Shown here: positions 15,790 to 23,833 of the stretch, piece by piece
Layout: each line of letters starts with the position of its first letter
Numbering within the stretch: the first letter of the stretch is position 1
Sequence record: JN638751.1
Source of the DNA: Bacillus phage G
Strand: one strand, 5' to 3'
DNA: 24,000 nt
Position numbers and translations under genes: made by a program
The notes under the pieces: generated by a model
What the model saw: the letters and a program-made list of their open reading frames with translations, nothing else
What the model was told of the DNA's origin: nothing
Databases searched by the model: none

Positions 15790-17100
15790 ATGACAAAGTC
15801 TAAAGAATTAAAATGTTCATTCTGTGGGAAGCCGCAAGAGCACGTTCGTAAATTAGTTGCAGGTCCAAATGTTCACATTTGTGATGAATGTATTAGTTTA
15901 TGTTCTGAAATTGTTGAAGAGGAATTAGAGACAACTGAAGAATTCTCAATGGAAGATGTTCCACTTCCAAATGAAATTGTTGAATTATTAGATAATCATA
16001 TTATTGGACAAGAAAAAGCAAAACGTCAATTAGCTGTATCAGTTTATAATCATTATAAGCGCATTAATGCTCTTAATGAAAAATCAAAAAATGATGATGG
16101 AGTAAAGATCAAAAAATCTAATGTTCTTTTAGTTGGCCCTACTGGTTCAGGTAAAACATTATTTGCTCAAACATTGGCTGATATGTTACATGTACCTCTA
16201 GCTATCTCTGATGCAACTTCTTTAACAGAAGCTGGTTATGTAGGTGAAGATGTGGAAAACGTATTGCTTCGTTTAATCCAAGCAGCTGATTACGATATCG
16301 AATTAGCGGAACGTGGAATTGTATATATCGATGAAGTAGATAAAATTGCTAGAAAATCAGAAAGCACATCCATTACCCGAGATGTATCTGGCGAAGGAGT
16401 ACAGCAAGCTTTATTAAAAATCATTGAAGGTACAGTTGCGAAAGTTCCTCCTCAAGGTGGTCGTAAACACCCTCACCAAGAAATGCTTGAAATAGATACA
16501 ACTAATATCTTGTTTATTCTTGGTGGAGCGTTTGATGGTCTTGAAAACATTATCAAGAGACGCGCTACAAAATCAACTTTAGGTTTTGATGATAGTGTAG
16601 ATAAAGTACAAGAAGAAATCAAGGATGACAATAAAGTATTCCAACATCTTCAACCGCAAGATATTGTTAAGTATGGTTTAATTCCAGAATTTATTGGGCG
16701 TGTACCAGTAATCGCAACTCTTAACAAACTTGATCGAGATGCATTGATTAACATTTTAACTGAGCCGCAAAACGCTATCATTAAACAATATCAGAAATTG
16801 TTAGATATGGATGGCGTGGAATTAGAATTCCAAAAAGAAGCATTAGAATCAATTGCAGATGAAGCGATTGAACGTAATACTGGTGCTCGCGGATTACAAT
16901 CCATTATTGAAAATATTATGTTAGATGTAATGTATGAAGTTCCAGCTCGAAAAGATGAGATTGAAAAAATCATCATTACGAAAGAGGTAGTTGAAAATGG
17001 AGTTTCAATTCCTCTATTGTTAGAATCATCTGCAAAAGCTAAAAAAACACGTAAACCACGAGTTAAAAAGACTGCAGATAAACCAGAAAAAGCAGAATAA
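15790..17100 (+). CDS. clpX: Clp protease ATP-binding subunit ClpX
   Basis: N-terminal zinc-binding CSFCGKPQ...[24 protein letters not shown], pore loop [25 protein letters not shown] ClpP-docking-like loop, [24 protein letters not shown]. Confidence 0.96.
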   Translation: MTKSKELKCSFCGKPQEHVRKLVAGPNVHICDECISLCSEIVEEELETTEEFSMEDVPLPNEIVELLDNHIIGQEKAKRQLAVSVYNHYKRINALNEKSKNDDGVKIKKSNVLLVGPTGSGKTLFAQTLADMLHVPLAISDATSLTEAGYVGEDVENVLLRLIQAADYDIELAERGIVYIDEVDKIARKSESTSITRDVSGEGVQQALLKIIEGTVAKVPPQGGRKHPHQEMLEIDTTNILFILGGAFDGLENIIKRRATKSTLGFDDSVDKVQEEIKDDNKVFQHLQPQDIVKYGLIPEFIGRVPVIATLNKLDRDALINILTEPQNAIIKQYQKLLDMDGVELEFQKEALESIADEAIERNTGARGLQSIIENIMLDVMYEVPARKDEIEKIIITKEVVENGVSIPLLLESSAKAKKTRKPRVKKTADKPEKAE

Positions 17101-17109
17101 ATTTCAATA

Positions 17110-17142
17110 AAAAAAGAGATAGTTAATTCTATCTCTTTTTTT
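17110..17142 (+). terminator. Intrinsic terminator downstream of clpX
   Basis: aaaaaagagatag / ctatctctttttt stem with loop ttaatt. Confidence 0.85.
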
Positions 17143-17161
17143 AAAGAAAGGAGTAATCAAT

Positions 17162-17719
17162 ATGAGTAAGGAATTTTTAAGAGCTATAAGAAAAAAAGAA
17201 AAAGAAAAAAACAGAATATCGAAAGTTAAATTTGATAAAGCTCCTTTGAGATATTTCAAAGAACAGGTTGAATCAATTACTATAGGTTTAAAATTGGTTT
17301 CTGATTTTAATGTAGAAGCGGTTGGAAAACATTTATATGTAGAGTCTAATGAGCCACGAAATCTTTATTCTATAAGCGGTTATTCTTATAGTTTTATTGG
17401 TTTAGATTTAGCTCCTAAGTATAATTTTATTGCGGATAACAAAATTATAAGTTTATCTTATAATAGTTTTGTAGTAAAAGTGACATCTAATAACCAAATG
17501 ATTATAGCTGCAAAATTCCCTTTATCTGATGGAACTATGGATAAGTTAAATAAATATAGAAGTTATAGATTTGAAGATTTAATAAAAAACCGAAGTGACG
17601 ATATTCAATATATAGTTGTTAATGATTTAGTTAAACTTTATAATAACAATGATTTTATTGAATTAGTAATGATGTTAGCTGAAGATTTAAAATCCTCATG
17701 TCAATCTAATATAGTGTAA
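17162..17719 (+). CDS. Hypothetical protein
   Basis: 185 aa ORF with RBS aaaggag and a charged N-terminus (MSKEFLRAIRKKEKEKNR). No recognised family. Confidence 0.75.
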   Translation: MSKEFLRAIRKKEKEKNRISKVKFDKAPLRYFKEQVESITIGLKLVSDFNVEAVGKHLYVESNEPRNLYSISGYSYSFIGLDLAPKYNFIADNKIISLSYNSFVVKVTSNNQMIIAAKFPLSDGTMDKLNKYRSYRFEDLIKNRSDDIQYIVVNDLVKLYNNNDFIELVMMLAEDLKSSCQSNIV

Positions 17720-17726
17720 TACTATG

Positions 17727-17751
17727 GGAACCGGCGAGGGTTCCTTTTTTT
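17727..17751 (+). terminator. Intrinsic terminator
   Basis: ggaacc / ggttcc stem, loop ggcgag, followed by ttttttt. Confidence 0.8.
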
Positions 17752-17864
17752 ATCATTATTTTATCGCAAGTAATTGTAATTTAATATACTTTTAATATTA
17801 TTCTCTTTTAAATGAAGTTCAAAACTTTATTTGTTGCAATGAAGAGAGAGGATAGTGCTGTAAG

Positions 17865-18836
17865 ATGTCGCAAATCGACAAATTCGTAAACAAGGTGTTA
17901 GAGAAAGAGATAAATGATATTGCAATAGTTATGCACAATAAACCTGATGGTGACTCCTTAGGTTCAAGCGTTGCTTTAGAAGAAAGTTTATTAAGATTAG
18001 GGAAAAAAGTTGACCTAATTATTCATAATAAAATTCCAAAAAAATACAAGTCTATTGTAGGGAAAAATAGAGTTAATAGAAAAATATTACCTTCTTTCGG
18101 CAAACATTATGATCTTCTTATTATGGTTGATTTTTCAGACCCTACTAGGACTGTTAATAATGTAGAAAATCTATCTAACTTTATAGTGGTTTTAGATCAT
18201 CACATTGCAAACCTTCCTTATGGTGATTTATATATTTGCGAAGATTGCTCAGCTACGGGTATGTTAGTTTATAAAATTATAGAGAAAATAGATAAAATAA
18301 CACCTACAATAGCGACAGCTATTTATTTATCAATCATAGCAGATACTAATAATTTTAGAAATCAAAATACAACTAGTGAAACTTTAGCCTTATCATCAAA
18401 ATTATTAAGCTTTGGGGCTAATATTGAAGTTGTTAATTCTATTATGGATGATAAATCATTGGCTTATATGAAATTAATTGGATTAACTTTTAAAGATATA
18501 GAGTATGATGCAAATTACAAGATAACTTATTTAGTAATAACTAGAGATAAAATAAAAGCATCTGGTGCTACTGGTGAAGAAGTTTCATCACTTATAGATC
18601 AAATTAGATGGGTAAAAGATTCAGATATTACTTTTTTATTTATTGAAGGCATTAGTAATGTAAGAATAAGTGCTAGAAGCAATAAAACACCCGTCAATGA
18701 TATATTGAAAAACTTTGGCGGTGGTGGACATCGCAATGCTGCTGGATGTGCTATAAATGGAGCGTTTATACATACCGTAGTATATGATGTTTTGAAATAT
18801 TCTAAAGGGTATATTGATAATGTAAAGAAAAAGTAA
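17865..18836 (+). CDS. DHH/DHHA1 phosphoesterase (NrnA / oligoribonuclease-pAp phosphatase-like)
   Basis: IVMHNKPDGDSLGSSVAL, VDFSD, VVLDHH, ADTNNFRNQNT, and DHHA1 motif GGGGHRNAAGCAI. Confidence 0.92.
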   Translation: MSQIDKFVNKVLEKEINDIAIVMHNKPDGDSLGSSVALEESLLRLGKKVDLIIHNKIPKKYKSIVGKNRVNRKILPSFGKHYDLLIMVDFSDPTRTVNNVENLSNFIVVLDHHIANLPYGDLYICEDCSATGMLVYKIIEKIDKITPTIATAIYLSIIADTNNFRNQNTTSETLALSSKLLSFGANIEVVNSIMDDKSLAYMKLIGLTFKDIEYDANYKITYLVITRDKIKASGATGEEVSSLIDQIRWVKDSDITFLFIEGISNVRISARSNKTPVNDILKNFGGGGHRNAAGCAINGAFIHTVVYDVLKYSKGYIDNVKKK

Positions 18837-18866
18837 GGGAACTTTTAATAAGTTCTTTTATTTTGT

Positions 18867-19049
18867 TAATAAAAGTAAACTTTGTTCATATTATTATCTT
18901 AAGGAATTGAAAAAGGAATTACGAAAAGATGCGTAAGTAAAAATTGATGTTTCTACAATAGAACTTAGGACTGCCATGGAAGGCTAAGTTTGCGTAGTTC
19001 CTACATATTTTTACGATAAACATTTTATTAGTTTTCCCTTTTTCGTTCC
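18867..19049 (+). ncRNA. Possible structured 5' leader RNA upstream of the 19076 gene
   Basis: Several complementary segments: taataaaa (18867-18874)/ttttatta (19023-19030); ggaattgaaaaaggaa (18903-18918)/ttccctttttcgttcc (19034-19049), 14 of 16 paired including G-U; ggaattacg (18915-18923)/cgtagttcc (18993-19001); ttcta-caa-tagaa (18951-18963); cttag/ctaag (18964-18988). Confidence 0.35.
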
Positions 19050-19075
19050 TTTCTTATATAGAGAGGAGAAAAGCT

Positions 19076-19717
19076 ATGCTTCTTTTAGAATCTTTTTACA
19101 ATAGGGAAAAGTACATTTCGCCAGAAGAAGAAATAAAAATTTATTATGAAACAAAGGATTTATTTAGAATTTGGAAAGAAATAATCATTTATCATTCCAA
19201 TTCTAGAATCACCGATTTATCACGAGAGAAACAAGATGTTTTAAATCAAATAATCCATAATCTACAAAATTTTATTTTTAATCCCAATCAGAGCTTGTCG
19301 CAATTAGATAGAATCATAATGGTGATTACTCTTTGGGGCGCTAGTAGCGCTTTACCTCAAAAAGAAATCATTGATGAAGTTTTTTCAAAAACAAAAAACT
19401 CTTTAATACAATACTTTCATCATGATTTATTAATTAATGCTTATTTAAAAGTAGGAGATGCAAATTCAGCTATTAAAGTTATCAAGCATATGTTTGATAA
19501 AAATCATTCTGCTTATTTTTATGCAATAATGAAATATGATGTATCAAAAATAAGTAATTTTGAGTTTAATAAAATGCTAACAAATTATCAACAACAAATA
19601 ACTATAAAATTATTGGCAAGAGGAGAAAAGGTAAACTTAAATAACGTGTCATATACTGACTTACTACAATTATTAGAAGATGTAAAAGGAAATATAGCTT
19701 CAGATTTATTAGGATAA
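19076..19717 (+). CDS. Hypothetical, predicted mostly alpha-helical protein
   Basis: 213 aa ORF with strong RBS agaggagaa. No recognised motif. Confidence 0.75.
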   Translation: MLLLESFYNREKYISPEEEIKIYYETKDLFRIWKEIIIYHSNSRITDLSREKQDVLNQIIHNLQNFIFNPNQSLSQLDRIIMVITLWGASSALPQKEIIDEVFSKTKNSLIQYFHHDLLINAYLKVGDANSAIKVIKHMFDKNHSAYFYAIMKYDVSKISNFEFNKMLTNYQQQITIKLLARGEKVNLNNVSYTDLLQLLEDVKGNIASDLLG

Positions 19718-19731
19718 AGGAGGTATGAAAT

Positions 19732-20217
19732 ATGAGTTTTATTTACTCTATATTTGATTCCCACATTGATTTATATATAAGATTATGCGTAGCAACTCTA
19801 TTTGGATTCTTAATTGGATTTGAAAGAGCTATTAAAAATAAAACCGCAGGAATAAGAACTCATATTTTAGTATGCTTAGGGGCTTGTTTAGTAATGGTTT
19901 TATCGGGACTTAATGAAGGTCCTTATAAAGATCCAATGCGTTTAGCAGCTCAAGTGGTTAGTGGGATTGGTTTTATTGGAGCAGGCGTTATTTGGAAAGA
20001 TAGAAGAAACGTAAAGCGTGGATTAACTACAGCGGCAAACTTATGGATTACATCTTGTGTCGGTTTAACAATTGGATATGGTGCTTATGATATTGCAATT
20101 GTTACGGGTATCTTGATGTTTGTTGCTATGAATCTTCCAAAATTAGTTGAAAAAATGGGACTTTTACCCGAAAGAGGACCAAATGATAATGATGATGGTG
20201 ATAGCGATGGTGAATAA
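19732..20217 (+). CDS. MgtC/SapB-family membrane protein
   Basis: LRLCVATLFGFLIGFERAIKNKTAGIRTHILVCLGACLVMVLS...QVVSGIGFIGAGVIWKDRRNVKRGLTTAANLWITSCVGLTIGYG; RBS ggaggt. Confidence 0.93.
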   Translation: MSFIYSIFDSHIDLYIRLCVATLFGFLIGFERAIKNKTAGIRTHILVCLGACLVMVLSGLNEGPYKDPMRLAAQVVSGIGFIGAGVIWKDRRNVKRGLTTAANLWITSCVGLTIGYGAYDIAIVTGILMFVAMNLPKLVEKMGLLPERGPNDNDDGDSDGE

Positions 20218-20614
20218 ACAACAACTTATTAAATTGTGTAAACAACATGATGTAATTAAAGATTCTGAAATAAGATTTAGAGGGATACGTGGAGAAATTC
20301 TCCCCCAAAATGGAAAAGTTAGATACATGAATATAGTAAAAGATTTTGTTGATTCTTCAATAGCTTATTTAAATGAAAACAAAGAGACGAAAGAAATTAA
20401 AAAAGTTTTTCGTTGGATGAAAGAAAAAAAAGGTTATGATTTACAAGAAATAGTGGATGATTTATTCGATTGTTATACAAAATATGATGATGATGAGTTT
20501 ATTGCAGCTTTAGATTTTCTTGTTCTATCTAAAGTTCATTATATTATTGAATATACCTACTTACAATTTTTTAATGAAACATATACTAAGGATTTTTTAG
20601 AAAGATTTCAATAA
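20207..20614 (+). CDS. Hypothetical protein; start at ATG 20207, overlapping the MgtC-like stop by 11 nt
   Basis: The ORF reads MVNKQQLIKLCKQHDVIKDSEIRFRG... The track start 20147 lies deep inside the MgtC-like gene. Confidence 0.65.
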   Translation: MVNKQQLIKLCKQHDVIKDSEIRFRGIRGEILPQNGKVRYMNIVKDFVDSSIAYLNENKETKEIKKVFRWMKEKKGYDLQEIVDDLFDCYTKYDDDEFIAALDFLVLSKVHYIIEYTYLQFFNETYTKDFLERFQ

Positions 20615-20616
20615 AT

Positions 20617-20645
20617 GATAACCAAAAAGGTTATCATTTTTTTAT
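20617..20645 (+). terminator. Intrinsic terminator
   Basis: gataacc / ggttatc stem, loop aaaaa, followed by attttttatt. Confidence 0.8.
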
Positions 20646-20708
20646 TGATAAAGAAGTTAGACTATTTGCATATATAATAATTATATTAAATTGAAAGGTG
20701 AAGAAACC

Positions 20709-21986
20709 ATGATAAAAAGAATCGAACATTTACTTAATACTAATACACAAAAAATTATCGTGATGATGGGGATCCCGGGTTCAGGTAAAAGTACACTCGC
20801 AAAAGAATTTGAAAAAAACGGTTTTAAAATTATTTGCCCTGATACTTACAGAGGGATTATTTCAAAAACAAAACCTGGTCGTGAGCATTGGACTGATGCA
20901 ATGCATGAAGGAGATCAAAGAGTAAGTAAAGAAGCTTGGGAAATGGCTTTTAAGGAAGCTAAGGAGGCTTTAAAAGAAAAAAAATCAATTGTTTTCGATG
21001 CAATGTCTCAAACGCCAAAAGCAAGACGTAGATTGTTTTCTCAATTGGGTACTAAAGTTGACTATTATGGAGTTTATAACGTTGTTGAATTAGAGACAGC
21101 CATCGATAGAAATTCTAAAAGAGATAGAAAAGTTCCAGACTTTATTATCGAGGAAAAATGGAGAGAACAATCTATCCCTACATTAGAAGAAGGTTTTAAA
21201 GAAGTAATAGTTTTCCATAATGATTTAGAAATCAACACTAATATTAATGAAGAATTTAGAAAGAAACTTATTGAAGATATTGTCAAAGACCCAAGAGAAA
21301 CAGTGTATATAATGAAAGAGGAGAGACAACTTCCAGTTATTTTTCCATCACTAGCAGGTTGTTGGGATATTTCACAGGACAATATCCATCATACTCAAAA
21401 GTTACAAGAACACATGATTAGAGCGGCAGAATTGATTGAGCCAAGGGATGCAGTTTCAGTAGTGTCTGCATTGTTACATGATGTTGGTAAATCTAAAACT
21501 AAAGAGTTTTTTGTAAAAGTAATTGCTGAAAATGAGTATGGTCTTAAAATTGGAGAGAAACTAGTAGCACTTAGGGATACTGGTATGTATGGAGTTATTG
21601 TTAAAGTTAAATCTTTCCAAGGGAATATTTCAGATAGAACAGTTTTGCTCCCACGTTCAGTAATTGAAAAAGATATGAATGCACACTTTTATGAGCATGA
21701 AAATGTAGGTGCTATAATGGCAATGCGTGATCTATTGAGACTTGGTTTTGATGAAGAGTTTGTAAATAAAGTTTACGCAAACATCCTTTTCCATATGGAT
21801 TTGCCATACAAAATTGGGAGCAATAAATCCATGAAGAAGTTAGTTAGGAAAGTAGGCGAACATAGAATTAAAGATCTTTTAGATCTTAGGAGAGCAGATA
21901 AACTTTCTAGCGGTACTCATGGGGAAGAATTTCTAAAAATCCATGAAGAAATGACAAAGCAAGTTGAAGAAATTATGAAGCAATAA
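20709..21986 (+). CDS. Bifunctional RNA/DNA end-healing enzyme: N-terminal T4 Pnkp-like P-loop 5'-kinase + C-terminal HD phosphohydrolase; start at ATG 20709 preferred over TTG 20691
   Basis: Kinase: VMMGIPGSGKSTLAKEF, CPDTYRG, DAMSQTPKARR, AIDRNSKRDRKVP. HD: QEHM...ALLHDVGKSKTK ... HFYEHENVGA ... LFHMDLPY. aaaggtg RBS upstream of 20709. Confidence 0.85.
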   Translation: MIKRIEHLLNTNTQKIIVMMGIPGSGKSTLAKEFEKNGFKIICPDTYRGIISKTKPGREHWTDAMHEGDQRVSKEAWEMAFKEAKEALKEKKSIVFDAMSQTPKARRRLFSQLGTKVDYYGVYNVVELETAIDRNSKRDRKVPDFIIEEKWREQSIPTLEEGFKEVIVFHNDLEINTNINEEFRKKLIEDIVKDPRETVYIMKEERQLPVIFPSLAGCWDISQDNIHHTQKLQEHMIRAAELIEPRDAVSVVSALLHDVGKSKTKEFFVKVIAENEYGLKIGEKLVALRDTGMYGVIVKVKSFQGNISDRTVLLPRSVIEKDMNAHFYEHENVGAIMAMRDLLRLGFDEEFVNKVYANILFHMDLPYKIGSNKSMKKLVRKVGEHRIKDLLDLRRADKLSSGTHGEEFLKIHEEMTKQVEEIMKQ

Positions 21987-22001
21987 ATAGGAGGGAAAAG
22001 T

Positions 22002-23375
22002 ATGCAGGATTTAGTACCAATTAAAGTAATCAAAGCGGTTGAAATGGTTTATGATATACTCAAATTACCATTTGAAAAATTTTCTTTGTTTTCAAAATCA
22101 AAATCAGTAAGTTTTGAAGAAAAATTAGATTTTGTAAAAAAACTAACACCAAAAGATGTAAATTCTATAAAAGTAGCAATTCATCAAAAAATCATGTTGG
22201 GTAAAATTTTAGAAGGTATTATGAAGGAAATTGATTCTCCATTTTACAAGAAAAAATATGTAAATGCTCAATCTTCTGATTTGGCTACTGTGTTAAATGA
22301 ATTCCAAAGTCAATTAATTAACTTATTAATTCGTTATGAAGCTACTGAGAATAGAGTCTTGTTACATTATTCTCAGTTCCCTACTTATTCTAGAGATTGG
22401 AATAACTCAACAAGATATTCTAGAGGTATAGTGATTGATTTAGATGACTATAATGTTGTAGTACACCCATATGACAAATTTTTTAACTATTTAGAAATGA
22501 AAGAGACTAAAGATGAGAATTTGCCAGATTTACCTTATGAAGCTGCAACAAAATTAGATGGTTCTGAAGGAATTTTGTACCCAGCTAAAAATGGCGATCT
22601 TCGCATAATCACAAAGGGCGGTTTTCACACTGATCAAGGGAAATTCGCTACTGAGTTGTTATGGTCAAAATATGCAAAACAAGCACAATACGTTAAAGAT
22701 AGCAAGTTATTTGATTATTACACATTTACTTTTGAAATACTATATGCACAAGATGATCCAAATAGAATTGTTGTAGCTTATAATGATGCAGATTTAAGAC
22801 TAATTGGCGTGAAAGATTTAAAAACGCATCAAGATTTGTCATATGCTGAAGTTATTAAAATGGCAAAAGAATTAGGGTTTGCGCATACTGAATTAGAAGA
22901 TATTACGTTGGAAGAAATATTAGAGGAAAGAGAAAAACGTGAAAACTTTGAAGGTTGGGTAGTGCGATTTTCAAATGGTTTATACATGAAAATTAAATGT
23001 AAAGCCTATTTAGATTTGCATGGTGCTCGTTTTGGCTCTTCAATTAAATCGGTATTTGTACTCTTAAAAGAAGAAAAATGGGACGATTTTATTTCTTCTA
23101 TTCCAGAAGAGATAAAGCATGTACCTGAAGCATTGCAAAAAAGAGTTATAAAATTTGCTCGCTATCAAACTAAAAAAGCTCATGATCTATATTTAACTTT
23201 ACCTCAAGTTGAAAGCCAAAAAGATTTTGCTATTTATGTAAATCAAAATATTCCAAAAGAATTTAGAGATTACATGTTTAAGATTAGATCGGGTAAAGAA
23301 GTTAATGTTTTTGATAGTACTTGGTTAAGATTTAAAGCTGGACTTGAAAATTGGGAAAACAAACAATCTGAATAG
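22002..23375 (+). CDS. T4 Rnl1-like RNA ligase
   Basis: Nucleotidyltransferase motifs: KLDGSEG (motif I), STRYSRGIVIDL, FTFEILYAQDDPNRIVV, FEGWVVRF (IV), YMKIKCKAYL (V). Confidence 0.88.
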   Translation: MQDLVPIKVIKAVEMVYDILKLPFEKFSLFSKSKSVSFEEKLDFVKKLTPKDVNSIKVAIHQKIMLGKILEGIMKEIDSPFYKKKYVNAQSSDLATVLNEFQSQLINLLIRYEATENRVLLHYSQFPTYSRDWNNSTRYSRGIVIDLDDYNVVVHPYDKFFNYLEMKETKDENLPDLPYEAATKLDGSEGILYPAKNGDLRIITKGGFHTDQGKFATELLWSKYAKQAQYVKDSKLFDYYTFTFEILYAQDDPNRIVVAYNDADLRLIGVKDLKTHQDLSYAEVIKMAKELGFAHTELEDITLEEILEEREKRENFEGWVVRFSNGLYMKIKCKAYLDLHGARFGSSIKSVFVLLKEEKWDDFISSIPEEIKHVPEALQKRVIKFARYQTKKAHDLYLTLPQVESQKDFAIYVNQNIPKEFRDYMFKIRSGKEVNVFDSTWLRFKAGLENWENKQSE

Positions 23376-23386
23376 TGTTAAACAGA

Positions 23387-23415
23387 AAAGAAGGTGATTT
23401 TTGCCTTCTTTTTTA
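23387..23415 (+). terminator. Intrinsic terminator downstream of the RNA ligase gene
   Basis: aaaagaagg / ccttctttt stem followed by a T-tract. Confidence 0.7.
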
Positions 23416-23500
23416 TTGTTTTTTCCTATTATATAGGATTTTATTAATAATTTGCAGTAAAAATGGAAATAATAAATATAAATATAGGAGGTGGTGATAT

Positions 23501-23731
23501 TTGGCAGCTAAGAAAAAGAAGAAACAAATTTTGGTCCCAGAAGCAGAAGAAAAAATGCATGAATTAAGATACCAAATTGCAAAGAGACTTGGGTATATTG
23601 TTGTTAATGCAGAGGATTGGTGGGAAGAACTAACTCCGATGCAGAAGTCAGAGATAAATGGTCATGTTACTAAACTAATGATAGATAAAGCAAAAATGGA
23701 AATGATGAATGGTAATTTTAAACCATATTAA
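23501..23731 (+). CDS. Divergent alpha/beta-type small acid-soluble spore protein (SASP)-like; TTG start
   Basis: LVPEAEEKMHELRYQIAKRLGY...EDWWEELTPMQKSEINGHVTKLMIDKAKMEM resembles the SASP pattern xVPEAxxALxxxKYEIAxELG...GxLTxRxxGxVGGxMxKxMVExAExxL. Strong RBS aggaggtggtgat. Confidence 0.65.
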   Translation: MAAKKKKKQILVPEAEEKMHELRYQIAKRLGYIVVNAEDWWEELTPMQKSEINGHVTKLMIDKAKMEMMNGNFKPY

Positions 23732-23833
23732 AAAAATCAAGTAAATAATGAATAAAGAAGATAAAACTGGTAATAATAACATTACCGATGGTGGACATCG
23801 GAAAATAAAAAAAACCTTTAGGAGGAAAACAAT

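Noticed and set aside
18961-19001. Hairpin-rich segment considered as a tRNA
   Set aside because: No TpsiC arm (GGTTCGAATCC-like), no acceptor stem pairing and no CCA context.
20147-20206. Upstream extension of the 20147 ORF (MKKWDFYPKEDQMIMMMVIA)
   Set aside because: Falls within the MgtC-like coding sequence and is a frame-shifted reading of its low-complexity end; start at 20207 is more plausible.
20126-20308. Minus-strand ORF rich in His/Tyr
   Set aside because: Antisense of the GATGAT-rich acidic tail of the MgtC-like gene.
20645-20678. Possible promoter TTGATA...TATAAT upstream of the kinase-HD gene
   Set aside because: The spacer would be 22 nt; a promoter here is plausible but I cannot define it.
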